DNA of 63,094 nucleotides, from positions 1-63,094 of the forward strand of contig JAUCBJ010007905.1 in the NCBI GenBank assembly GCA_032718475.1. Reading direction: 5' to 3'. This DNA is from Nemertoderma westbladi (Eukaryota; Animalia; Xenacoelomorpha). A model generated the notes under the pieces. It was not told the DNA's origin. It saw only the letters and a list, made by a program, of their open reading frames with translations, and ran no database searches. The position numbers and the translations under genes are program-made. Below are positions 37,241-50,559 of the stretch, in pieces (the first letter of the stretch is position 1; every line of letters starts with the position of its first letter).

Positions 37241-38906
37241 AATAGAAAATAGAAAACTTATTTGCTGCTTCTTCGCATCTTTCGGTATGTATTTTTAGTA
37301 CTGATGAGTGATGACCATTTCCCATCTTCGGTAAATGGTTTACCAAGGTAAATACAAGGCAGCATTTAGTCACTCACTACTCACAGCTCTCTTACTTATT
37401 TTTTATTATTTTCGTTTACATTTTGTATATTTTCTTGTATATATTTGATATTCGTATTATTAAATATGTGAAATGAAACTATATGAAAACACATTGCGAT
37501 ACGGGTCATATAATAGCTACAGAAGTTTTAGAAACCATCGAGATGTTAATTAAATCACACAACGAACAAACTACGATAGTATGTAAGAAGGCGTAAATAG
37601 CATAATATTATACGGAATTAGGCTTTCACTTTCGTAACGTATCTGAAAGAAACTCCATAATAATAAATATATTAATATTCCTCTATAAAGTAGTAAATAA
37701 ACAAGTTAAAAAAACCAATTCACTTGCTACATCATACCCCTGCGTCTACAACTGTACCACTCTCTAGGTCACCAACATAGATTGAACAGATTCAAGGTAT
37801 TGATTCTGCTGTTCTCCAGTACCACTCTATCTTTTTTAATAATACATCCTACCCAAGTGTGGCAATCAAATAAACATAACAAATGCTTCAACGAGATTTT
37901 AGAATGACATCCTTATGAGAACGATTTTCTAAGCGACAGGTTCGCATAACTTGTAGTACAACACAGTTGTTTGTATCTGTGCAGTATATAACTGTATATA
38001 CTGTTACAGTACTGTATAGAAGGAATGTGTTTGCATCGCTGTGCAGTGTTATGTGATTTCAATAAAAAATAACAGCAGGTCTAATGAGATAACAACAATA
38101 AAACTCAATTGCGGTTGATTCAAAAGAATACGGTAGCGGTGGACGCAAATACATACAACTAAATACATACTACGACTTGCTAATGTTTGGTTGGTTGTTG
38201 CTTATTATCAATGTATCGTAGGTGTCGTATTCTTATAAAATACCAATCTGAAACAACTAAATGCGAAGAATTTTGTTTAATTCGATTGAGCAGAAACTCT
38301 CGATAACAATGTTTAAATCAACACATTGCATAATTTACGTCCCCAAAAATACATAATTTCTCTCACACAAAATCATGTGTGGGAACATTAAAAATTTTCT
38401 CATGCGTCAATAGTTAGGTTTTATGATAATTTTTTATTGTAAGTTTGAAGCAGTTCGTTCCCCTGCATAGAACTCAAATTATGTAATGTTTCATCGCATT
38501 ATTACATAAATATAAAAAATATTTGCAGTGGCGGAATCCTCCTCCCCGTAGGGCAGCAGTTTTTTTAACGACCCCTTGCTAATAGGTTTTATTTATATTA
38601 TTTCTGGAGCCGGCGTTTTGTATACTGAATTTATTGTGAATTAATAATTAACCTCCTAATTAAATTTACCCCGTCCTGGGGTGTATCTATAACGAAAAAA
38701 ATAGATTATATTTTGTTTATTATTTATTACAGTCCCTTTCCTGTTTATTATCAATTGCGTGAAAGGAACAGGTTTCAGTGGAAGGTCATTAAATAACCAA
38801 AACAATAAACGAGAGTCAAGATTTCAGGTTTGCCAATCAGTTAGTTCGCTGCCATAGAACAACCATATCATGCACAGACAGATCAGTTTTACACCGGCAG
38901 TAGGGG

Positions 38907-39433
38907 TTCCTATAGTAAGAGCCCAACAGTGGCTGTCCGGAATAAATTTACATTTAGAGACAGTGTGATTCCTATAGTAAGAGCCCAACAGGGGCTGTCC
39001 GGAATAAATTTACATTTAGAGACAGTGTGATTCCTACAGTAAAAGCCCAACAGTGGCTGTCCGGAATAAATTTACCTTTAGAGACGGTGTGATTCCTATA
39101 GTAAAAGCCCAACAGGGGCTGTCCGGAATATATTTACATTTAGAGACAGTGTGATTCCTACAGTAAAGCCCAGCCCAACAGTGGCTGTCCGGAATAAATT
39201 TACCTTTAGAGACGGTGTGATTCCTATAGTATAGTAAAAGCCCAACAGGGGCTGTCCGGAATAAATTTACATTTAGAGACAGTGTGATTCCTATAGTAAG
39301 AGCCCAACAGTGGCTGTCCAGAATAAATTTACATTTAGAGACGGTGTGATTCCTATAGTAAAAGCCCAACAGTGGCTGTCCGGAATAAATTTACATTTAG
39401 AGACGGTGTGATTCCTACAGTAAGAGCCCAACT
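38907..39433. repeat. 62-bp minisatellite, ~8.5 copies
   Basis: Unit GATTCCTATAGTAAGAGCCCAACAGTGGCTGTCCGGAATAAATTTACATTTAGAGACAGTGT. Confidence 0.95.
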
Positions 39434-39672
39434 GAAACTTCCATGTAATAACAGTTGATAGTTTATTTAATGCATTTGATGCCTTTCCCTTTTGTATTCT
39501 GGACATTTCAGCAGACTTCCGAATACAAGATCCTGGATTGGAATCTTAAATTTTTACTATCAGTTGAGGTCCGTTATATATATTTTTGTGTTTGTCTTTG
39601 AGTAGCCAACTTTTTATTAATTTGTCTTCAATAACTGAAATTTATTATATGAGCCAGTGATACATTTATATA

Positions 39673-39694
39673 ATGTTGCGTTTTCAAATATTTG
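39673..39694 (+). CDS. Thyropin-like gene B (166 aa), exon 1
   Basis: Identical to gene A exon 1, including GTAAGT donor. Confidence 0.8.
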
Positions 39695-40283
39695 GTAAGT
39701 TTAATTAATTAATATCTAATTAAATAACTAATTTTGTAGCTAATTAATTATCTTTCCAAAAAAGTCACTTCTGTAAGTAAAAGCGCAAAAAAATAAAACC
39801 ACAAGCTTTATAAATGTTAAGGGAAAGGAGCAGGTTGCAGTGTCAGGATATTCTAATCAAAACAATAAACGAGAGTGAACGGTTCCATATATATTTGTCG
39901 ATTGTACGATTATTACGATTGTCGGCTGTCGGTTGATAATTTATTAAGATATTAAGAAAAAGAGTTATATGTCTGCAGTTTAATTATTCTGTAGGCCCTA
40001 ATCGATTTATTCTTAAGACAGGGAGGGGGAACTTAATTGAATGTCGCTATTTTTCATTTTGTACAAGCACTTTGAACAATATTTAGTTTTGGAACATTTA
40101 CAATGTGCGTTACTGTATGTAACATACATAGCAGGCACATAGTAACTACCTGGTTATTTCGCCACTAGTTACTTCTAATAGACAATCAACTCCGGAATTT
40201 CCCCCTATAACAATAAATCAACATAACGATGCGACTCAAACGCAATTTGAGTCGCATTTGTTCATGAACTTTCATCCTTTTAG

Positions 40284-40461
40284 CTCTTTGTATCGCCTAC
40301 GTTTGTGGTCAACTGTCGCACGTAGATTATGAAACCTGCCAGGAGTATCACGATGCTGTTATGGAAATTATTAATGGACCTAACCCAATTATGGATCTTC
40401 CAGTTCCACAATGCGAAGTTGACGGTGTTAATTACATGCCATGGCAGTGTCATATGATGGG
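40284..40461 (+). CDS. Thyropin-like gene B, exon 2
   Basis: ALCIAYVCGQLSHVDYETCQEYHDAVMEIINGPNPIMDLPVPQCEVDGVNYMPWQCHMMG; same length and splice phases as gene A. Confidence 0.88.
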
Positions 40462-40639
40462 GTAAGTGTCTATATGACAATGGGAATTGTAGTTAATTTC
40501 AGCACCACCAACACAGCAGTCATTATTCTGGTAGTTATTATTCTGGTAATTTCCTTAATGATAAATACTTTCATATTTATAAGCATTGGATGTTAATACA
40601 TATTATATCCATCAAAATGAGTTTAAATGTATATAGATA

Positions 40640-41938
40640 TACGGAGCCCCTAAAGGGACATGTGAATTATTTTTTTTTTCGCTAACTCGTGCGAACGACT
40701 TACTAAGTCGTGCGAACGACATACTAAGTCGTGCGAACGACTTACTAAGTCGTGCGAACGACATACTAAGTCGTGCGAACGACTTACTAAGTCGTGCGAA
40801 CGACATACTAAGTCGTGCGAACGACATACTAAGTCGTGCGAACGACTTACTAAGTCGTGCGAACGTCTTGAATAGCAACCTTGAATGAGCGTCTTGAAGC
40901 CTTGAATAGGCTTTCCAGGATTTGGAAGTCACCGAGAATTAATCAGAAACTTAAGGTCCGATTATTTAGAGCAGCAGTAGTTCCAGTACTCCTCTATGGG
41001 AGTCCATGCTGGGCTCTAACTGCTGAGGACACCAAATCTCTGGATGGCACATTCACAAGAATGCTACGCCGAGTTCATTGTGTCAAGTACAATGCACATA
41101 TCTCCAACCACACACTATATAACTTTGGAGGTGTCTCATTGGTTCCCCCAAGCTTGACACTAGAACAAAATCGCCTCCGCTTTGCAGGACATTGCTTTCG
41201 CCGCAAGGACCAGCCAATGCATCATCTTGTACTTTGGCAGCCTCATGGAGTGAATAAGCATGGTGGACAGCCCATGACTTTCTTGAGACGCATCTTAAAG
41301 GACACTGGCCTTGAAGATGCGGATGATCTAGCAAATGTCATGGGTGATAGGGAGTTGTGGCGGTGCAATTTTGTCGATAAGCCGGCACAGCATTCTTAAA
41401 AATGCAGCTGCAATGCAGCATGCCGATCCTAGTAGTAGTAGTAGTAGACCAGCTAATATGGACTTGGTGTGCATCATGCGATACCCATGCAGGTGTCCCG
41501 ATCCTTTAATTTCATTGGAAATGAAATTAATGACTTCTTCCGTATTAGTGTAAACATTTCTCCTGCCCAAATTCAGTCCACTCAATATCCTTTTAATTTG
41601 TCGGACGCTTAGGATAACTTCATTATTTAGTTTTAAAGCAGATGAAATCTGTCCGTATGTTAGGCCTAAGTTAAAGTACGTCGATATTAACAGAGCGCGT
41701 TCAGCCATTGATAATAATATTTTCGACCAATAACAACAACAATGCTGTAGATTGAATTGAAAATCCCGCTAAAAGATTGTACTTTTATTACCAGTATTAT
41801 TTAGCCAATCAAAGTAAAGTTAGTAAGTCGTTCGCACGAGTTACTAAGTCGTTCGCACGAGTTAGTTAAGTCGTTCTCACGACTTAGTAAGTCGTTCGCA
41901 CGACTTAGTAAGTCGTTCGCACGAGTTAGTAAGTCGTT
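40640..41938 (-). mobile_element. Truncated IS3EU-like DNA transposon
   Basis: TACGGAGCCCCTAAAGGGACATG terminus, 21-bp subterminal arrays in inverted orientation (40683-40866, 41820-41938), transposase N-terminus 41708-41455 (YFNLGLTY...SVRQIKRIL...GSGHLHGYRMMH); second terminus missing. Confidence 0.72.
40880..41447 (+). mobile_element. 5'-truncated RTE-like LINE inside the IS3EU-like element
   Basis: KLKVRLFRAAVVPVLLYGSPCW...RLRFAGHCFRR post-RT domain; (TAG)n tail 41430-41447. Confidence 0.85.
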
Positions 41939-42004
41939 GTAATGTCATACTAACTGGAAGTAACATTAAAATCAAATGTTCAATAATAATTATATTTTTT
42001 GTAG

Positions 42005-42090
42005 GTGCAATTGCGTAGACACGAGAGGAAACTATCTGGACTATTATTATTCTTGGGGTCCAAATGCTAGAGCAGAGGATGATCTGTGCC
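42005..42090 (+). CDS. Thyropin-like gene B, exon 3
   Basis: CNCVDTRGNYLDYYYSWGPNARAEDDLC; 86 nt; AG/GT bounded. Confidence 0.88.
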
Positions 42091-42994
42091 GTTAGTATAA
42101 AATTACATCAGCTATACAGTAGTCTGAGGATCTAAAAACTATCTTTTATAGTAACTATTGAGTGACCCAATAACACGTTCAGACTTTCTTACAGTACTAT
42201 AAACTACACTATCTGAATGAGCAGACATATAATAACGATGTAATAAGTACTGCCGACATTAATATAGACCTACGAGTTCAGGTCAGGCAGGTATTCTGGA
42301 TCATTGATTCAGAAATCTTGCCACCTTCATGCAGCATAAAAGGATGTGTCATCTGTGGCTACAGAGACCCCCTTCGTTCTGGGATAGTTACACCCTTACT
42401 TAGGCCTGGGTTAAGGACCAATATACTCCGCTGCAGGGGTATATGGCCTGATCTGATGTCTGGTCAGTCTACCAATGTCTGTAATCTATATTTAATTTTA
42501 GTGGGACGCTAGATATATTAATAATAATAATAATAATAACATCTACCAATGGATGATCAGGGGTAGAGTGCTCTCATCTCCAATTTGAGAGCACTCCACT
42601 GCAACCTGCACCTGGCAGCAGGGATACAGGCCATGGCCCAGCAGATGAGCTGCATTCCATAGCCAATGGTGTGTGTCATGTGCTTCAGCGTAGGTATGGG
42701 TGATCGGCCCCAGGGTGTGGTATTTGCCCCGAGAGCTGGCTCGGTCAAAAAGAACCCCCAACACCGTCTATGGATTTCATTATCTTTCATTTTTTCTTAG
42801 CCTCTTCTTTGTGCATGTCTAGGTCAGGGCCTCCCTCAATCAACTATTATTATAATTTTATATTATTGCTTTTTCACATTTTTGTTATACGATGTACGTA
42901 CACTGCAATTAATACTACAGTACATATTTCCCCTTGTAGCCTTAATTGGCTTTGTGGCGATTAAAATAAAGAAACAAATTAGTATTAGTAACGC

Positions 42995-43740
42995 GGAGGT
43001 CCGGCCACTAGAGGCCAGTGAAATTACCGGTCACAATTTGGCATCACAGGCGTCAGGGACCGGCTGCCTGTTTCACCCCCTACTGGAGAGAGAGCGGCCA
43101 ACAATTCTGTGAGTCCCTTTCCTAATGACCTTTCTGGCCAAAACCCTGGGTCTCCAGGGAGGCCAGATTGTGAGGGGAGAGGTATTCTGGAATTGGATGC
43201 TACTCTTACTGTATGTTCCACCCCAACCAACCAAACCATTGTTGAACCTGAGGCAAGTCACTAGCCTCAGTTGATACCCTAACACTCGGGTCCCCAATGC
43301 GACAAGGTGAGCTGATTGTCTTGGCAGATAAGCTTTCTCTTAGCGCAGTGAATGTTCAAGAGCACCGAATGCAGCCTGGTAAGACTACGAGGTTCTGATT
43401 AAAGACAAGTTGCACTCGCATCAGCAGATGATAGTGGCAATGGTGGAAGTGGTCTATTGATGAATGAAACTGCACATGCAGCATTGGACAAAATAGACCA
43501 AATCCCCAAACACCTCAAACCGCATCATACGTTGCCACTTCTTATGTTCAGGAAAACACAAAAACAAATAAGTTTGCTAAGGTGGTTATGTTGTTAGTGT
43601 GCTACTCTCCAACTAGTGTTGCCCCAGTAGAAGGGGTGGAAAATTTCTACCACCAATTTCAATTTTCTACAAGCAGCTACTGGTAGAGTGGATCAGCATG
43701 CATTCTTATCTTTCTTGGGTGACTTTAATGCAATTAAACT
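42995..43740 (+). mobile_element. Degenerate LINE 5' region (AP endonuclease)
   Basis: VQEHR, CYSPTSVAPVEGVENFY and GDFNA motifs with frameshifts; left boundary approximate. Confidence 0.6.
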
Positions 43741-44030
43741 TCGACCCTTCTCCACTGGTCTGAAACTTTGTAGCACAATGCTCATATAGTCTGGTCTCTG
43801 AAACTTTGTATCATAATGTTCATATATTCTGGTCTGAAACTTTGTGCTAAAGTAAACAGGCTTCTTGAGCGCGAATCACCTAATGTGTTGATTGATGTAT
43901 TTGTGCTCCATAATGGAGACATGCGTTAAATTTAATGTCATTATCACCTCACCGAGTCATAGGCCTCCCTCCCTATATATAAGATATCCATACTCTTTTA
44001 CATATGCATTCATTTGTTTGATTTTAATAG

Positions 44031-44142
44031 AATGTGCCAGAGCTGGTTTTGAACGCGATACGTTTGATTTTGGCACGGGGCTACAATGCAACTCAATAGG
44101 AAGCTATGAACCACTTGCATGCGCAACATGGTCGGCACCCTT
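44031..44142 (+). CDS. Thyropin-like gene B, exon 4
   Basis: AATAG acceptor; CARAGFERDTFDFGTGLQCNSIGSYEPLACATWSAP; donor TT|GTAAGT. Confidence 0.85.
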
Positions 44143-44799
44143 GTAAGTGCAATACAGTAGGGGAACATCGTTATTTAGTTGCATATATAGAAAGTGTAAT
44201 AACTTTATACTTACCATTCATTGCCATAGCCGCAGCCTCTGCCACCACAGTCTTACAGGCTGCGGTGACTCATTGCGGCCAATTTGATTTGTAGGCGTAA
44301 GGTTTTCAAAAAGGTTCATATCAAACAAATGTCGCTTTAAAAAGATTAATATCGAACAAAATTAATTAAAAAAAATTATATCAAACAGAAGATGCAATAC
44401 TTTAGTTACTGTGATGGAATCCCGACCGTTCGACTTGGTAGTGTGGTTTTAACACGCGCCCGCTGGTTGTTTCGAATAAAAGTTGCAAAACGTTAATAAA
44501 ATTTCGTTTGCTCACCGAAACATAACTTTAAGATAGATGGATAGATACTTATTTTTATTCCAAAAAGTAAACAAACATCAAAACAAAAATCAAAACAAAA
44601 ATCAAAAATCAAAACAAAAATCAAAACAAAAATCAAAACAACAATATTTATATTACACGCACAGAGGCAGCCTAATAGTAAATAAAACAAACTACTGTAT
44701 TGTTGCTGATAATTGATGGAATAAAGCGTCAAATTACGGTGGCTGAATGTGGCCAATTTAATTAATTTTAAAAATGGGAAATATAAAAAGAAATTAATG

Positions 44800-45482
44800 A
44801 AATATAATTCAACCAGAAACAGAAATTAATCAAATATAATTCAACCGGAAACAGAAATTAATCAAATATAATTCAACCAGAAACAGAAATTAATCAAATA
44901 TAATTCAACCAGAAATAGAAATTAATCAAATATAATTCAACCAGAAATAGAAATTAATCAAATATAATTCAACCAGAAATAGAAATTAATCCAACCAGAA
45001 ACAGAAATTAATCAAATATAATTCAACCAGAAACAGAAATTAATCAAATATAATTCAACCCAAAACAGAAATTAATCAAATATAATTCAACCAGAAATAG
45101 AAATTAATCAAATATAATTCAACCAGAAATATAAATTAATCAAATATAATTCAACCAGAAACAGAAATTAATCAAATATAATTCAACCAGAAACAGAAAT
45201 TAATCAAATATAATTCAACCCAAAACAGAAATTAATCAAATATAATTCAACCCAAAACAGAAATTAATCAAATATAATTCAACCAGAAATAGAAATTAAT
45301 CAAATATAATTCAACCAGAAACAGAAATTAATCTAATATAATTCAACCCAAAACAGAAATTAATCAAATATAATTCAACCAGAAACAGAAATTAATCAAA
45401 TATAATTCAACCAGGAACAGAAATTAATCAAATATAATTCAACCCAAAACAGAAATTAATCAAATATAATTCAACCCAAAAC
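44800..45482. repeat. 32-bp subterminal tandem array, ~21 copies; continues at 49165-49270, inverted at 49735-49925
   Basis: Unit AACCAGAAACAGAAATTAATCAAATATAATTC. Confidence 0.95.
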
Positions 45483-45664
45483 AACTCTTTATATATATAT
45501 TTAATTTGGTAATTAAGTATATATTCGAGCAAATTCAAGACAATTAGCATAGCACAAATAGTAAGGGGTAATTTCTTTATATTTCTTAAATTTCTTTGTT
45601 CTTCGTCTCTATAAGGGAAAGACATCGACTTCACAAAGAGTAAGATATTCGCTGATTCCTTTTA

Positions 45665-48380
45665 ACTCAACGACATAACGGCCAGTCTTCCTGGAGCAGG
45701 TTATGGTGTGGACGTCGCTGGCGTTGGTACCGCAGAGGTTGGCAGAGTTGCTGACCCGACAACGGAGGAACCCATCGTCTTTGACTATCTACTTTGCACC
45801 GATAATCCACAGCAGCTCAACCCCGCATTTCACCCCCGCTGCCTCCGATGGCCGCCCCGTTGTTTGTGAGCCGGATGGAGATTTCTCCCAGGTTGGCGTT
45901 ATGAACTGGCCGGTGGCGTGATGACCTTGACCCGCGCAGGCACGTGTGGGCGGCCCAAACCAGCAGAAAACTGATGTGTCGTCGGATCCAGGTAACACAC
46001 TCTGTGTAGCTGATCTCTCGATCCCCAAAACCCAGACATCGCCACATCCAGCCGCGCCTCCTGGTCCTCTGTTGTTGAACGCCTCTCGAACTGCTCATCA
46101 AAGATAGGCTGCAATCGGGGTTCAATCGCCCGCTCCACTGTCAAGATGGATGGCTGGCCAGTTAGTGCGCCGAGGCACTTCCTAACTGCATTTTCAAGGT
46201 CACCGAATAACTGGGTCGACCCGGGTACCACACGAGAGATGTACCTCCACCGAGCTGCTAGGCCGATGGTGAGGCCAGCGTAGGCGCAGTGTGGATCCAT
46301 AGAGGCAATCTTGGTGATAAGATCCACTTGAGTAGTAAACTCAGCTACCTTAGAGTTCACAAATTCCTCACGGTACTCGTCGTTCCCGATGACACCTCCT
46401 AAGAGTCGGCTCCCTCGGACTTCAATGGTGAAACCGTCATCTGGAAACAGACGTCGGGCTTCCTGGATCAGTTCCGGTTTGACGAGAAGGTGGCACTTTG
46501 TCGGGAAATAGCCATGTGAGGGCCCGCGAGTCCGGATGAGGTCCCAGAACTTCCGCAGTTCCGATAGAGTCCCTGCGACATTGCCGTCATCCGCAAACCA
46601 CTTCTGTAGCACATCCGCTGCAGCACCCGCCTCGACGATCAGAGGGATCGATCCGACTGCGTAAGATGGCTTCGCTATCGGATCACCCTGCGTTAAGCCC
46701 TCTGATGAGAGTATGTACTCCCCACCGATGAACAACTTTGAAGGGGTTGCATAGCAGTTCGATACTATGGTTTGCAGCGAGGGACAAACCATCCTGATGT
46801 TGTGGGTTGCAGCGGCACGATTAATCGAGTTGAATGCATTTGTAGCATCAACCTGGAGCACCGCCTCACAGTCGTCCTTGGCAAACTCATCGCTGAGGCT
46901 GTGGATTGCGTGCTCAATCCCCGCCTTCTGCCCGCAGCAGAGCTGAACCGACCCACCAATGCTCTGCAGATCATTAGAGATGCAGTATATCACCGTCTTG
47001 CCGATAATACAACGCAACACCTCACCAATTCCGATAGGTTGGACCCCCGGACACTTATCAATTGCCACGAGGCGAGCTGAGAGCAGCGAGGAGAGGTTTG
47101 ATGGCTCCAGCGGGAACTTTGCAATCTTCTTTGCAGCGGAAGCTATACTGGAGCACAGTTCTGTTGAAGAGTTCCGGAACCGAGTGGCGATATGTTTCCA
47201 CCCCTGAACGTCGAGTCCCGAAGGCCCTGCAGCGCTTCCCCGGATCTGGAGCAGACAGTTTAGAACGACATCAGCTGAAATCTTCTCAAAAATGACTGGG
47301 TAAAATTCCGGAGCACGGTTGTACCCAGTCAGGAGAGTCGATGGATCTGCCGGAGCGGCTGGAGGATGTTTATCGAGAAGAAAATCACGCACCTTCTTCG
47401 TCACCCCATTCTTGTCTGTGACAGTCTCATTGAGAGAGAGTACCTTCCCCTTTTCTAATTTGTTCAGACACCTGATTGCTGCGTTGACATTCCCTGTAAG
47501 CATATGTCTACAGAAAACTTTCTCAGCGACAGTGTTGTGCAGCAGAACAGTGCGCGCAGACCGCTTGGGCAGATGAGCCTGGATGGCACTTGCCTCCTGT
47601 AATAACAGATCAAAACATCCCGACTTCCATGACTCGAACCGGCGCTCTAAAACCCGTCGATGAACCAACGCAGCAGAATCACGACTTGGCTTCTGAAGCA
47701 GAAGTGCAGGGAGTATCATAAGCCCTGTGAGGGCTGCATCTTCGTAACTGGGTTCGGCAGTCGGCTCATCTCGGAAACCACCGCCCTACCGATGGCCCCG
47801 GGAGGCAACAGGAAGAGGTTGGGACACCAATGAACTACCATGTTGTAAGCTCCTCGTAAAGAGAAGATAAACCTCTCCAGTGGAAACGAGGCTTCAAACC
47901 AATGGATCGTAGGCTGGCGATCATTAGTAGACGGAGGCAGTGCTTGAAGCGAGGAGCTGATCAAGGGAATCGTAATGGCTGGCAGGTTGGTTAGGATGGG
48001 ACTACTCGATCGAATAGTCGAGATGACGGTGTTATTTAGGTCACCGAAAAACGAGCTGTCATTCCCTGAGGAATTGTCAATGAGAGTCCTGTCAATTGAT
48101 GGGATTGGCGAGAGAGAGCACGAACATACCTGTCCTCTTCCATCACATGGACTGGGTAAAGGTAAACTAGCGGTTGAACTGAGTTGTTGTAGCGTGTACT
48201 GGTTCCTGCAGCGGCCGTTATTGAGCTGACAACAGCTAACACACGAACGTTCGGCTCGAAAGCATCCGCAACGACGGCTTTCACAGCAACCATTGCTGGT
48301 GATGCCACATTGGCAACACCGCAGCGATCCCTGAGACATTGAGCATATAATTCGCTAATCCAATCCAGTTGGCCTACTCT
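45665..48380 (-). mobile_element. CRE-clade-like non-LTR retrotransposon, frameshifted and internally deleted
   Basis: N-terminal Cys cluster, PALLLQKPS, RT motifs QVDATNAFNS, GLTQGDP, WFADD, then an abrupt jump to IEPRLQP...ARLDVAMSGFWG (start of a restriction-like endonuclease). Confidence 0.8.
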
Positions 48381-48439
48381 CAACAGTTATTAATTAACCT
48401 TGGTTCTACTACAATTTTAATGGTCAATCTTTCAATGCT

Positions 48440-49095
48440 GTTATATTTATTTATTTTTATTTACTCTTTATTCCGCACCAGGAGGCACATAGCTACAGAA
48501 CAACATAACAAATATACCAACTACATTACAGTATGCAGTAGGCCTACGTACAGCACAAAATATACACATTAATATGAAAATACTAAAAAATAATAATAAG
48601 TCTTAAAAGTGACGGTTTCACGAAACGAAAAACCGTGAGAATGGTCTGCAAGCAGAGTAAATGGTTCGCACCAAATCATTATGAGATTCACTGACCCGTT
48701 TAAAAAGGCTGTGTACAGATCTGCTGTGAATATGACACAGCATTGGCATATTTAATGTGCCGAATGAGAGTGAGATACTGGTCGGTTCATCGCCAGTAAG
48801 GCGAGAGATATTAAATAAAATACAAGCGCAATTATTATACGCAACTTGTATTTTATCGTATACACGTTGAGAATAATTTGAACGGGTCCACAGACTGTTA
48901 CCATATATAGGAGTACAAAATGCACGAAATAAGGAAGTCTTAACAGCAACGGAGGCATTGCCAAACTTCCTAACAAGGGTATTCGCTCTAGCATACAATG
49001 AATGCATTTGATTAATGATGTCACAATCGTCATCAGTTGATGACGTAATAATATGTCCGAGATAGTTGAAAGAATCCACTATAGGAATATATTCA
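48440..49095 (-). mobile_element. 5'-truncated L2-group (Daphne/Crack-like) LINE
   Basis: FNYLGHII...LYARANTLVRKF...KTSLFRAFCTPIYGNSLW; minus-strand AATAAA and (AAAT)n tail at 48443-48472. Confidence 0.75.
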
Positions 49096-50559
49096 TTACA
49101 CTTATTATATTATATTATAACACTACTAATGTAACTAATACCTGTGGAGTTACAAGTTATTATATATATTCAACCCAAAACAGAAATTAATCAAATATAA
49201 TTCAACCACAAACAGAAATTAATCAAATATCATTCAACCAGAAACAGAAATTAATCAAATATAATTCAAACATTTTGGAGGGAAATTTAAAATACTGTCT
49301 CAGTGCAGTGCAGTAAATTGTCGTCCCCTTTTCAGTCTATCAGTGCAGTACTGCAGCACCGGTTGCCTCTAGCTCTGTGAGCTTAGTTCTGTGGTTAGTT
49401 GTTAATCTTTTAATCACTACAGCACTACTGACTACCGATCTACGTAATGATGGTAGTACGTAGTCTAATGTAACTGATGCTGATTGTCTTCGTTGAGTAT
49501 CAGTGTGAGTACCGTCATTACCGGTTTCAGGTCTACCATCTGCAGAAATCATCCTATTACGTAGATCGGTAGTCAGTAGTGCTGTAGTGATTAAAAGATT
49601 AACAACTAACCACAGAACTAAGCTTACAGAGCTACAGGCAACCGGTGCTGCAGTACTGCACTGATAGACTGAAAAGGGAACGACAATTTACCGTACTGCA
49701 CTGAGACAGTATTTTAAATTTCCCTCCAAAATGTTTGAATTATATTTGATTAATTTCTGTTTCTGGTTGAATTATATTTGATTAATTTCTGTTTTGGGTT
49801 GAATTATATTTGATTAATTTCTGTTTCTGATTGAATTATATTTGATTAATTTCTGTTTCTGGTTGAATTATATTTGATTAATTTCTGTTTCTGGTTGAAT
49901 TATATTTGATTAATTTCTGTTTTAAGGAATTATATTTCATTAGTGTTTTTTGTATTTCCCATTTTTAAAATTATTGAAGTTGGCCACATTCAGCCACCGT
50001 ATCAAATTCTACAGTAATTTAATTATATATGTTTGCAGTATGGCGATATTTAGGTTCTACACTATCTAATCTACATTACATATCCATATCACATACAGTA
50101 GAAAAAAAACCAGAAACAAGAAACACTTACCAGCAGTCTGGTAGGACAGTTGCTTTGTATATATAGTTAGTTTTGTGTTGGTCGGCAGATGGTTCTACTG
50201 TTATATTGGTAGATTGCGCAGTCATGTGATACTAATTTTGTTTCAGCCGCAAGGCTTTCTGTTTGTCAGCATGATCTTTGTAGCTGGCAAACTGGGGTGT
50301 TAATTTTATCCCATTTTCAAATGTTTAAGGGAGGGGGGGGGGGGGGGGGTTGACTAATTCAGAAAAATTCGATTTTTCCATTACAATTATATGTTACAAT
50401 TAATTACAATTAATTATACTTATGAGGATTTCAAAACTTCAAACCGTTTGTTAATAGCTAATGTAATTCATAGAGTGATAATGTTAACCTTACTCTGTGT
50501 AAATGTCTGTGAAAATTGTCTGTCAGGCATTGTGTTTCTGACGGTTTGTCTGTCAAAAG

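Larger units (their letters stand above)
44735..50001. mobile_element. IS3EU-like non-autonomous foldback element carrying later LINE insertions
   Basis: TACGGTGGCTGAATGTGGCCAA / TTGGCCACATTCAGCCACCGTA termini, 6-bp TSD TCAAAT (44729-44734, 50002-50007), mirrored 32-bp arrays and ~180-bp near-perfect inner arms. Confidence 0.85.

Noticed and set aside
38907-39433. Regular arrays here and at 44800, 55217 and 59338 as CRISPR-like loci
   Set aside because: Head-to-tail units with no unique spacers, no cas genes, eukaryotic context.
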